A stretch of 64,000 nucleotides of DNA from Octopus sinensis (Eukaryota): positions 134,354,001 through 134,418,000 of the forward strand of contig NC_043001.1 of the NCBI RefSeq assembly GCF_006345805.1. The letters are read 5' to 3'. The notes under the pieces were generated by a model that worked only from the letters and a program-made list of their open reading frames with translations, was not told where the DNA came from and did no database searches. The position numbers and the translations under genes are program-made. Of the stretch, positions 1 through 11,260 are shown one piece after another; position 1 is the first letter of the stretch; each line of letters opens with the position of its first letter.

Positions 1-613
1 ATTCAAAACTTTTAAACTGTCATACACATTATATATTTATACTTATACATATCTACATATATTTTTATACATATTTCTATTTCTATTTATTTATTTATAT
101 ATTTTTAATACAACAATTATTTTTCACACGTGTATATCTTTCTGAGGAGTTTTGATATTGATTTCCTAATATTAATAATAATATATTATTAAAAAATATA
201 TATGTATATAATTGCTTGTATTAAATAGTATTAATACTTTGATACAATTAAGCACTCAATATAAATTCAGTATATAATATTCTCATTGAATATATTTAAC
301 TAAAGATTTATGCTTCTGTTTAGACAGAAATACACATAAAAGTGTGTCTAACGTTTTACTATAAATAGTTAATGTGTACACTATTATCAATGTCAATTTT
401 GTGAGACTTATGTCTCACAAAATTATATTTTTAGGAAACAAGTGGGAATTTAAGTGTTTCAATTACAGCTGATTTTAACAGTGTGGCAATAATTAAACAA
501 CAATGTAAAGTAACATTAAGCACATATTAACAAATTGATCGTTTCCAGATTCAGTCAGATTTTATATTTGCCAAATTCAATTAAAACTTAGAAAATATAT
601 TTTCAATGTACAT

Positions 614-1017
614 AGGCGCAGGAGTGGCTGTGTGGTAAGTAGCTTGCTAACCAACCACATGGTTCCGGGTTCAGTCCCACTGCGTGACATCTTGAGCAAG
701 TGTCTTCTGCTATAGCCCCGGGCTGACCAAAGCCTTGTGAGTAGATTTGGTAGACGGAAACTGAAAGAAGCCCGTATATATATATATATATATATATGCG
801 AGTGTGTGTATATGTTTGTGTTTGTCCCCCTAGCATTGCCTGACAACCGATGCTGGTGTGTTTACGTCCCCGTCACTTAGCGATTCGGCAAAAAAAGACC
901 GATAGAATAAGTACTGGGCTTACAAAGAATAAGTCCCGGGGTCGATTTGCTCGACTAAAGGTGGTGCTCCAGCATGGCCGCAGTCAAATGACTGAAACAA
1001 GTAAAAGAGTAAAAGAG
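614..1017 (+). mobile_element. tRNA-derived SINE, family A (octopus OK/OR-like), with internal (TA)n/(TG)n tract
   Basis: A-box-like TGGCTGTGTGG and B-box-like GGTTCAGTCC head; core CTTGAGCAAGTGTCTT; tail ending AAAAGAGTAAAAGAG; near-identical copies at 14874 (+) and 18410 (-). Confidence 0.85.
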
Positions 1018-2269
1018 TTCCTGTTTAGAAATGCTAACAGTTCATGTTTCAGACACTGAAAAAGTGTAATGTAAGTCAGTTTCACTATCGTCTGCGTCAA
1101 ACAGACACCATTTATGTTATCGACATAAGGAACAGTTCTAGTCAGCAAATGTGACCTGTTATAGCAATCCCACGTCCACCTCACCAGCCACAGGTTTTGC
1201 TTGATGTACAATACTACATGAATAGCTTAATAGTGATATCCAGTGTTTGTAGGGGAAAAGTCATCCCACCAGAAATGATGGCAAGATCTGTTTTTCTGAA
1301 TTTCATTACAACCATGAACACCTATAAAAATGTATCCCCAACAGCTTTCAATACAACCACTTATTATCTCTGCATAAAACTACTATTCAGAAATGTTTCC
1401 ATTGCTGTAAAATGATTCTTCTTGTTAGTGGTCATGATAGTAACTGTTTCATGGCTGTTCAAATCAACTGGCCATGGGCAGGAGATGTCTAAGGTCACTA
1501 GGGTCCTGTTTGTGATTGGCTGTACTCCATGGTTTCCTATCATCTAATGAAGACACAGAAACACCTAAATCTACAACAGTTTTTGTGACCAGTAACATGA
1601 ATTTGGACTTGCTTTTGTATCAGAGTTAGCTACTGGACCTAGAACATCCAAAATGATAACCAAGACTAAATTTAATTTCATATGTATGGCATTCCTTAGA
1701 TGTCATGGTCAACAATAACTTTTTTTATTATGTAAAAAACATGGGTTCATACATAAAAACACTATCTTCACTTAACGAAGATAAACACTGTTCTCTCTGG
1801 ACAACACAACCATGAGGGTATTGCAGTATAAACTTATATAAAACTAGGTTATTGAAATGAAACTAAATTCCAGAATTTACAACAGATGCACTTTTATAGC
1901 ATACACCAATAAAGTTCAAAGGTCACGTTCAAATTTGCTTTTTGTTTTGTTTAGGATGCATCCGCTTTTTCAATGTAACAAGGTTAAGTTGTTTATGATG
2001 CAAATATGATTTTTATACAGTAATCATAATAAATCTGATTAAACACACTTTTTTCTTTGCATCATGACATAGCTTGCCACTAAGATCTCAACATCTGTCA
2101 GCTTCAAATGATACTAAAAGTCAAAGAAAATTATATGCATGTAATTTAGGAGAGCACATTGCCCCGCAACTGTGGTATATATTATATACAACTGCTTATT
2201 ATACTAAAATATGGAAGCAAAAAAAACAAACAACTAAGCTACATTCAAAAGACTTGAACGCTTATTTTT

Positions 2270-2572
2270 AGCACCATCCGAACATGGCCGATGCCAGCGC
2301 CACCCCGACTGGCTTCTGTGCCGGTGGCACATAGAAAGCACCATCCGAACGTGGCCGTTGCCAGCGCCGCCAATGCCGGACCCCCCCTGGCACCTGTGCA
2401 GGTGGCACGTAAAAAGCACCCACTACACTCGCGGAGTGGTTGGCGTTAGGAAGGGCATCCAGTGTAGAAACTCTGCCAGATCAGACTGGAGCAGTACCTG
2501 GCTTCCCAGACCCCGGTTGAACCGTCCAACCTGTGCTAGCGCAGAAAACAGACGTTAAATGATGATGATGAT
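2270..2572 (+). mobile_element. 5'-truncated 3' UTR of RTE-clade LINE (family C)
   Basis: GGTGGCACGTAAAAAGCACC subrepeats, TGGCGTTAGGAAGGGCATCCAG motif and (GAT)n tail; the same tail follows the RT at 39975-40165. Confidence 0.85.
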
Positions 2573-3554
2573 TAAAGATATTTTGTACATCTAATGTTTA
2601 ATTCAGATTATTGCAGGTAAGTAGATGGAAACTCAAGAGGAATGTCATTTGATGGTGAGACCAAGTAAAAGTGTATTTTTGTAGGAAAAGTAGAATAGAG
2701 CAGAGACAACTGAAGCAGCACAAAAGGATCAATAGTTGTAAACTGCTAGTTGAAAAGTTTGCCTATGAAATAAGGGACTTTGATAGTTAGAAGAAAATGA
2801 AGAGGCTACTATGATGCAGGACAAAAGAAAATCAGTTTGCAGATGTTCGACACTACATTTTCCAACCTTGAAGAAACACAGCACAGACAAAAGCAAATTT
2901 AGCTACATGAAAACATGCACCATTATAGTATAGGGTTACTATTAGAGATCAATTGGCCAGTATTTGTAGCAGATGAGATATTTTAATCTGTAATCAAAAG
3001 GCAGGAACAGTACAACTGAACCATAAGTCTCTTGTTGAACAGTCCTGTTCAAGTTCACTTCCCTGCCTTACCTGTGTTTGCCAATTTCTTACTGAAGAAC
3101 TAATTTGAGATGTCAATTTACTAAATAACAGATTATCACTTTCATTATCTTTCTTCAGGTAAATCATCTTCATTATCTTTCTTAAGGTAAAGACTTCGCT
3201 AATATTGAAAAGTAAAACTTATTAAAAACCAGCCTAATAATTGCCAATGTAATGAAGTATCAAATTGCAAATTTTAGAACAGAAATAAGAAAAGCAGTAA
3301 TAGAGTAAGAATAGGCAAAATGATGCATGTAAGCAATTTAAACAGGGAGTGAGAAAATGACATTTAAATTAGAAATATATGAGTAATGTGATATGAGTAG
3401 CTATTGCATTGAGTAAATGACAGGCTACAAGTTGTCATTGATTTTTTAAAAAACTGTTAAAATAATATTCAGAAATGGACAAAGGCATAAGTAACGTGGT
3501 TAACCACACTATGATGAAGTGCCATCGATTCCTGGACCACAGTACAGTAGTATA

Positions 3555-3783
3555 TATTTCTTTACTGCCCACAAGGGGCTAAACATAAAGGGGACAAACA
3601 AGGACAGACAAACAGATTAAGTCAATTACATCGACCCCAGTGCAAAACTGGTACTTAATTTATCGACCCCGAAAGGATGAAAGGCAAAGTCGACCTCGGC
3701 GGAATTTGAACTCAGAACGTAACGACAGACGAAATACCATTAAGCATTTCGCCCGGCGCGCTAGCGTGTCTGCCAGCTCACCG
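3555..3783 (-). mobile_element. tRNA-derived SINE, family B, Deu/Nin-like core
   Basis: Minus strand reads GCGGTGAGCTGGCAG...GAGTTCAAATTCC (B box)...GCCTTTCATCCTTTCGGGGTCGATAAATTAAGTACCAG; 10-bp TSD CAGTAGTATA at 3545-3554 and 3784-3793. Confidence 0.88.
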
Positions 3784-4261
3784 CAGTAGTATAGTTAACC
3801 TTATTACTGTGGTGTGGTTCTAGGTTTGATCTCCTTAAGAAAGATTGTCTTCTATCATTGTATCTAGGTAACCAATATGAGAACTGAAGAGAATCCTACT
3901 ATTAAATGCCCAGTAAGGCATTTTGAAGAATATCACCTTCATAAGTTTCTTCAACTCATGCCATCATGGAAGAAGTGGATGGGGGAAAAGAAAAACTGAT
4001 GAACAATAAGTCCCCTGCAATATTAGTTCTATACTGAGTTCACACAGTTCTTCAACACTCTCACCATCAGAAATAGAACAAACCAGAGACATTGAAAACT
4101 TGCAATTAATGACTATTGCCCACCAACTGTGATTAGCAATAAGAAGTTTTCATCATAATGAAATTATATTTCATTAGGATTTAAAGGAATTATTACATAA
4201 CATGCTAATGACATTTCAAAAGAACAAAAAAGAGAGACTCATAAAATGTCAACTGTGTAAT

Positions 4262-4452
4262 ATCATCATCATCATCGTTTAACGTCCGTTCTCCATGCTA
4301 GCATGGGTTGGACGGTTCGACCGGGGATCTGGGAAGCCAGAAGGCTGTACCAGGCTCCAGTCTTATCTGGCAATGTTTCTACAGCTGGATGCCCTTCCTA
4401 ACGCCAACCACTCCGCGAGTGTAGTGGGTGCTTTTTACGTGCCACCCGCACA
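4262..4452 (-). mobile_element. RTE 3' UTR fragment (family C)
   Basis: (CAT)n then GTTTAACGTCCGTTCTCCATGCTAGCATGGG...GGATGCCCTTCCTAACGCCAACC on the plus strand. Confidence 0.85.
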
Positions 4453-7032
4453 GATATATCAATTTTATTTTTAATTCTACAGTACAATTAAAAAGTTGTA
4501 ATTGGTTCAATTTTAAAATGCTCTAGATCAATGATTCTCAACATCTTATGGCTCAGTGCTCCCTTTCATGAAGGTGTTTTAGTAACAAATACCTCATCAG
4601 GTTTTGAAAAAACAAAAAAAGAAACGCACACGCAAACACAGTAGATTTATTTTAATCAAACAGAAACTACTTTTTTTTACCTGATATGTATCATTTCTTA
4701 GATATCTGTAGACTAGTACCCTGCTGTGTTAAATTTCTATGGAAATTACTAAAGGAGAAAAATTGTGTAACAAAATTATATTGGACTTGATGCATCAGTT
4801 ATTTTCTATTCACATATATTACAATGTTCTCTTTGTATTTTATTCCCAGCAAAGATTCTTGTAAATGTTTAAGAAACAGTGTATCTGGTTTAAATACTGT
4901 CTAAGAAAAATTACAACATATCTAAAACCCAGCACCCCACCCTCCATAGTGCTACCTTATGTCTTTACAACACTCCAATGGAAGAAATGTTACCCAGGTT
5001 AAGAACCACAGCTCTAAATTATATCAATAACAAACAGGACACTATTCTTTATCATAAAAAAAACCTAACATCTATCAAATGTCTAATGTACCTGTAGTGT
5101 AAAAAAATCTGTCACACAATGGAAATGAAACAATAAAAGTATGTGTACAACAGGTAGACAGAGAGGGAGGGAGAAATTAAAACAAACACCATGGGAACAT
5201 TCACACACATGACAATCAGGTGCATGTGAAAGGATAGGGTTATGTATATACGAGTGCACGCTATTAGCATTTGTGTGCATGCACATGCCAGCAGCATTTT
5301 TCCGACTTTACCTGATGATTTAACACATGCATCTTAGAGCAAATCATTATTGTGAATGAACATTCATCTATCCTATTATCTATATGTTCTTAATCTCCAT
5401 TGTGAAACGGATGAAATGGTACGTCCAAATAACGGTGTTTTTCCAACTATCTTATATGCTAATTACCATATTCCTAACTTCATAAAAGATGTGTAATGAT
5501 ATATCATGGACACAGGTGTTACCAACCATATCAAATAATTCTTTAATTATCTTATAACCAAAACAGAGTTTGGTGTACAACAGAAAACAATGATCATAGA
5601 GCACACCAGCAAATTGAATAGAGAGGCAGAGAAGACACAGGGAAAGATTGAGGAAAGGGCGAAGAGAAGAAATAAGTATTAGAAATAAAGAGAGGAGAAC
5701 CAGGAATGATGAAAAGCATTATTTAAAGAAGAATGAAATTAATGCAAGATACGGTGACAGAATGTGTCATATGATGAACAATGAAGCTGGAACTAATAGG
5801 GTAAGAATGAGAAAGAATGAAGAAAGGCAACATCATCATCATCCTCCTTTAACATGTTTTCCATGCTGGCAAGCAGGAGAGCTGCACCAGATTCCAGTCT
5901 GATTTGGCTTAATCTCTATGGCCATATGCCCTTTCTAATGCCAACCACTTTACAGTGTGTACTGGGTGCTTTTAACATGGCACCAGCATAGGACTATTGT
6001 AGGCCAATTCTCTCTACCAGAGGATGCAGCCTCAACACTTCTGCTGTGGAGGACAGGTCTTCTTGAGTACAGCAAGACACCAAGTATCTTGGTCTTTTGT
6101 CAGAAAATCACCAGCAGGGAGATAGATCCCTGCCACCTCTAGTGCTGAGGCCACCAAATCATGTGATTTTGACCTACCTTGGTCTTATCAATGATGGACA
6201 TTCAACTGCTCTTCCGCACAAGCCAGAATGAGAAAATATGGTCAAAGAGAATAGACAAGATTTCCTAAGGATTACCAAAGAAATAATAATATTATTACTA
6301 AGTGGGGAAAATATTTATGCCCAACACTGTACCACAAAATAGGCCATAGAATTTTCTTATGTACTAGCTACAAAATACACTCCTTACTGTTGTCCACACT
6401 GTCAAAACCATTTCAAGACCAGAATTTTTTCTTCTTCTTCAGACTTCAGGAATATCTCAGTATTTTAAACAACTGTCTGAAAATTCCTATCTTTCATCAA
6501 CAGTATCTTAAAAAGTGTGCACAAGAAATACATCTGCAAAATCCTTTCTCTCAATATTTTATCAAATTTATAACATTAAGCACCAATGTATTTAAGGATA
6601 ATTTTCATTTATGTTACTAAAATACACGGATGCTTCTGTAGCTATTTTATTATATGTGATGTGCTGTAGTCTTCAGTTTTTGTTTTCGTCCTCTAGTCAA
6701 AAAAGCACCAATATGCTATTTCTTAAGTCAAAGAATAAGGTTTTTCTCAGTATTGAAATATGAGTGTAATAGAGAAAATCCCAGGCACCATTTGTAATTA
6801 AAGATAACTTGGTATCAGCATGTATCAAGCTTTTGCTAATGGTTTCACACGCCAATGTAGTTGAGAGCAGACACATATGCACTCTTGATGTTACTGACTC
6901 GTCCATTCCACAAAATTTCAGGTCATGTGCCTTTAGTAGAAAGGATTATTAAACACTTTTCCAGTTATCAAAGCTACATGCATAGGGTCACAATTAAGTA
7001 AAGAAACTACTGTGCCATAAGAAGCAACATTA

Positions 7033-7339
7033 CTTCCGTGCTGGTGGCACGTAAAAAGCACCATCTGAATCGTGGCCGAAGCCAGTGCCGCCTCGACTGG
7101 CTTCCGTGCTGGTGGCACGTAAAATGCACCAATCCGACCATGGCCGTTGCCAGCCTCGCCTGGCACGTAAAAAGCACCCACTACACTCATGGAGTGGTTG
7201 GCGTTAGGAAGGGCATCCAGCTGTAGAAACATTGCCAGATAAGACTGGAGCCTGGTGCAGCCTTCTGGCTTCCCAGATCCCCGGTTGAACCGTCCAACCC
7301 ATGCTAGCATGGAGAACAGACGTTAAACGATGATGATGA
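7033..7339 (+). mobile_element. RTE 3' UTR fragment (family C)
   Basis: Three GGTGGCACGTAAAA subrepeats, conserved core and (GAT)n tail. Confidence 0.85.
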
Positions 7340-7863
7340 TACATCTGAAACAGTAAGAATAAAAAAAAAATACCATCACCTATAAAAGTTTTTAGTAATT
7401 TCTACCAAAAATCACAAATTCATACCTAGTCGATAAAAGTGCAGTGAATTTTTAAAAAAATGAAAGCTTAATCCAGAGTTTTTCCACTAGCTAGAGGCTG
7501 AAATATTCTATAAAAAAATGTACTGACCTTACCAACAACAGGGCATTTAAACTTCCCACAGAGTATTACATGGCTTCTTTAACCAAAATATTTATAATGT
7601 CTTATTATAAACATTAGCAAAGAGCTCAACTTTGCCCTCCATTATCATCTTAAAAATATAACTACATCTCTACATAATTCCAAAATATCAATCAGTCTCA
7701 GACTTGTGGTGGTAGGGCTTGTAAAAGACAGAAGAGGAGGAATGGTTCTAACCAAGACATTCCTAAGAGTCATTCACTCACAAAACCTCAACCTCTACAT
7801 TGCAGATAATGCACCCACACCAAGCTACTCTGATAACATAACCACACATTAAAAATCATCACC

Positions 7864-7928
7864 GGAGCAGGGGATAGTGCGCTGGACTTCTAATCCAGAG
7901 GTCGTGGGTTCGAATCCCACCAGGGATG
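7864..7928 (+). pseudogene. tRNA-Arg(TCT) copy lacking the 5' acceptor strand
   Basis: Perfect anticodon arm CTGGA-CTTCTAA-TCCAG; variable loop AGGTC; perfect T arm GTGGG-TTCGAAT-CCCAC; 3' acceptor CAGGGAT+G; D arm GAGC-AGGGGATA-GTGC is imperfect; no complementary 5' acceptor strand; followed by a short trailer and T6. Confidence 0.8.
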
Positions 7929-7940
7929 ATTAGACTTTTT

Positions 7941-8075
7941 TGGCGTTAGGAAGGGCATCCAGCTGTAGAAACACTGCCAGATCAGACTGGAACAGCCTTC
8001 TGGCTTCCCAGATCCCCGGTCGAACCGTCCAACCCATGCTAGCATGGAGAACGAACGTTAAACGATGATGATGAT
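7941..8075 (+). mobile_element. RTE 3' tail (family C) fused directly to the tRNA-Arg trailer
   Basis: TGGCGTTAGGAAGGGCATCCAGCTGTAG...AACGATGATGATGAT starts within the T-run after the tRNA. Confidence 0.85.
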
Positions 8076-8396
8076 TGTATGTCTACTTTCCATGCTGGTA
8101 TGGGTAAGATACTGTAATGGTCTCCCCTGTTAGGCTTGTATGTTTTATTTTGGCATGGCTTCTATAACAGAGTGCTTTTAATACCAAATGTTTTACAAAG
8201 TACTGAGAGCAGTTTATCATGGCACAATGAGAAGTTGCCTTCTCCTCAATAAGGCAATTGTATGTTGTCTGTCATTCACCAATTACTTTACAGAGTGTAC
8301 TGGGTGTATTTCATCATGGCACCAACTCTTGTGCAGTTACTTTGTACTCTGCAGAACAAAAATATGGTCTTCTCTAGATTTTCTGTTTGGAGTTAT

Positions 8397-9004
8397 CACT
8401 TTCACTTTGACCGACCAGTCCGTCAGGCGTCCATTTGACACCGCTGGTCACAGCACGCTGTCCACTCCTCTCTGGATCGCGCCTTTCTCATTCACGTGAT
8501 CCCAATCGTCCTCTTGAAATCGTCACTCCACCGTCGTGGAGGTTTTCCGGGTGGTCTTTTCCGCTCACGCGGGTACCACTCGACAACTACGTGCGTCCAC
8601 CGATTATCGGTGAGCCGGGCAACGTGTCCATCCCATCTATACTTGCTGCGAGTATACTCTGCGATGACATCTCTCATGCCGGACTTCTTTCTGATGATGT
8701 TGCTATTTATGTGCTCTCTCAACGAGATACCAAGCATTGACCTTTCCATGGCTCTTTGAGCCGTTATCAGTCTTTGCTCTTCTCTCTTTGTGGTAGCCCA
8801 TGTTTCACTACCATATAACATTGCAGGCAGAACTGCACTGTTAATGAGGTTGGCGCGGGTGATCGGCAGTGATGAAATAAAGGAGGTGAGAGAATATGTC
8901 TACCTGGGACAGGAAGTAAATATGTGCCGGGATATCAAAAAGGAGATCTCACAGAGAGTAAGGGCCAGATGGAAGGCGTTCAATGGCATAAGGGATGTGC
9001 TCAA
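8397..9004 (-). mobile_element. RTE-clade (RTE-1-like) LINE 3' fragment with inverted 5' segment
   Basis: Minus 8861->8492 encodes TRANLINSAVLPAMLYGSETWATTKREEQRL...RWDGHVAR...RPPGKPPRRW; plus 8862-9004 encodes the upstream IGSDEIKEVREYVYLGQ...WKAFNGIRDVLK; (AAAGTG)2 tail; 12-bp TSD GTTTGGAGTTAT at 8385-8396 and 9005-9016. Confidence 0.9.
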
Positions 9005-10943
9005 GTTTGGAGTTATGTGAGTAATAATTAGGACAGATGAGCCTAATTGGGAGGGGAGAGAAAAGAGAGAATAGTGGGGGAAACAGTGATCAAGTGACAG
9101 TGTAAAGGGAGAAATAGGAATGAAGAAGGATGTAATAAGCAACAGTAATTGGTAGTGGAAGGGAGAGTAAGTGGTGGAGAGTTGGAGAAACAGATTGTCA
9201 ATATCCCAAAGCAACACAAGAGAAAACCTTTCTTTTCATATCCAACAATACCTTCAATACTATCATCATCCCATACAGAGGACATAACTGAAGCTAAAAG
9301 ACACATACACAATCACAACATTCAGCCAAGATAAAAACAAGCCATGAACATGCCAAACTTGCCTGAATCTTCAACTTTTCAGTTGCAAACAACTATTTTA
9401 CATTTTCACTCCATACACTATACACACAAACAACTATACTCAAAGACTATTCACAAATTAAAACCACTCAGATACGACATGATACCCAAATACATTTCTA
9501 ACCACTCTAAATCACTTAGGTATCAACAATCCTCAATCACAAAATGTCATCAATTGGATTAAATTATATTGGATTGTCAACATTAAAGCTATTGATTGAG
9601 GCATCACTTGAATAGTATCTCAAAGTCTTCAGTTGGTTACACAACCACACCTTATCTAATCAACAATGATCTTAACTATGACCACCCCCTACCACTGTCT
9701 ACTGTAAACTGAAAATCTTCAAACTTTGGTTTAGTATCTTGCATTATCTCCACTCCTATTACAACTAAACTAGATTCTGCTCTTCTAAATTTGTCACTGT
9801 CCCATATCCATTAAAACCTACATTTTTCATCTATTTCTAGCTCCTGCCACATGTGCTACCCACCCACAAATATTACATTCTAACCACTTCAAACCCTAAT
9901 AATCTCTCAAATGTGTTCTCACTACAGAAAAAAACCCAAGACACTTCAAGAAACAATTTTATTACAACAGTCTCTCTAGTTTTACTCCAAATAATCTCAC
10001 ACCTTATCTTGGACATGGAACAACAATCTGTAATAAATCCACCATATAATCATCACGTGGAAAATATTTTTTTAAATCTCACAGATATGATAAAACCTAG
10101 TAGTGTTATTCTCATAACATTCTAGGTACTCTCTTCTAGTCTCTGCTGGTAACAGTGGAAATAAGAAAGCCACTAATAGACTAACATACAAGACTTTCAA
10201 AATTTACATGTTTAATATAACAAACCAAGACACAATTGAAAAATAGAATGCAAGCTCACTCAGCCTTTGAGATGAAACAGATTATTAAATGCTGTAACCA
10301 TATTTCAGCATCTACAATTTTATTAGTTGAATTTAAATCAGAACCTTTTACTTTTGAAAAAGAAATCAATTTCCCCTCAAAAAAATCTTTAACAAACCAT
10401 ACCATGCTAATAGGTGGAAAATTAGTAGACAAATCACCTTCAACTCACACATTCCCATCTTTAGAAAAGTGCACAATTAGTAATGTATTTCAAGATACAA
10501 AATGGCTAGAATACCTTTGGTTAGAAAGCCTATTCAAATAGAGGTCACCTAAGGCTTAACAACAAATTCAATTATAATACTTGACAAATCATTTGATCTG
10601 ACATTTTTAAACAGTAAATTTTTCACATCCCTATTGAGAGGCTATGAAGTGAGTGTGACTTGAACTATTAATCCATACTTATTTCACAATCAAATATTTA
10701 ATAAAAGAAAAGTCATCTATTGGAAAAACAATGGTTGCAACAATTCTTACAAGCCAAATACATTCAGGCAGAAAATGATGTAAAGAAGGACATGTTTTAA
10801 ATCTTGCATGTTAACAATTTTTGTGAATACTGGCCCCAAGAAAATAAGTTGCAACAAAGAAAGTCAAATACTTTTCTCTATTGAAAATGGACAAAATCAA
10901 AAGCAAACTCGATGAACATTAATGGAATTTGTAGTTTTGTGGT

Positions 10944-11260
10944 ACCAGTGCCGGTGGCACATACGAAAACCATCCGAACGTAGCCGTAGCCAGTACCGCA
11001 TTGACTGGCCTCCGTGCCGGTGGCACGTAAAAAACACCATCCGAGCGTGGCCGTTCGCCAGCCTCGTCTGGCACCTGTGTCGGTGGCACATAAAATCACC
11101 CACTACACTTACGGAGTGGTTGGCGTTAGGAAGGGCATCCAGCTGTAGAAACATTGCCAGATAAGACTGGAGCCTGGTGCAGCCTTCGGGCTTCCCAGAC
11201 CCCAGTTGAACCGTCCAACCCATGCTAGCATGGAAAGCGGACGTTAAACGATGATGATGA
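10944..11260 (+). mobile_element. RTE 3' UTR fragment (family C)
   Basis: Subrepeat array, core and (GAT)n tail. Confidence 0.85.

Noticed and set aside
6933-7310. Recurrent 100-135 aa ORFs beginning MLAWVG... or MLGGQTQT... (also at 603, 10897, 13935, 14774, 17860, 18563, 19681)
   Set aside because: They are translations of family C and family A repeats, not a protein gene family.
7856-7928. Functional tRNA-Arg gene
   Set aside because: The 5' acceptor strand cannot pair with CAGGGAT and the D stem has a mismatch, so it was called a pseudogene or chimera.
9252-9293. Exon-like 42-nt minus-strand segment (SVMSSVWDDDSIE) with AG/GT ends; similar candidates at 3071-3119 and ~4681-4705
   Set aside because: No similarity to HAPSTR1 or any protein I recognise; such signals occur by chance in AT-rich introns. 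RNA-seq would be needed.
9480-10560. Possible ancient LINE endonuclease or other retroelement remnants
   Set aside because: Too degenerate to assign by eye; needs a profile search.
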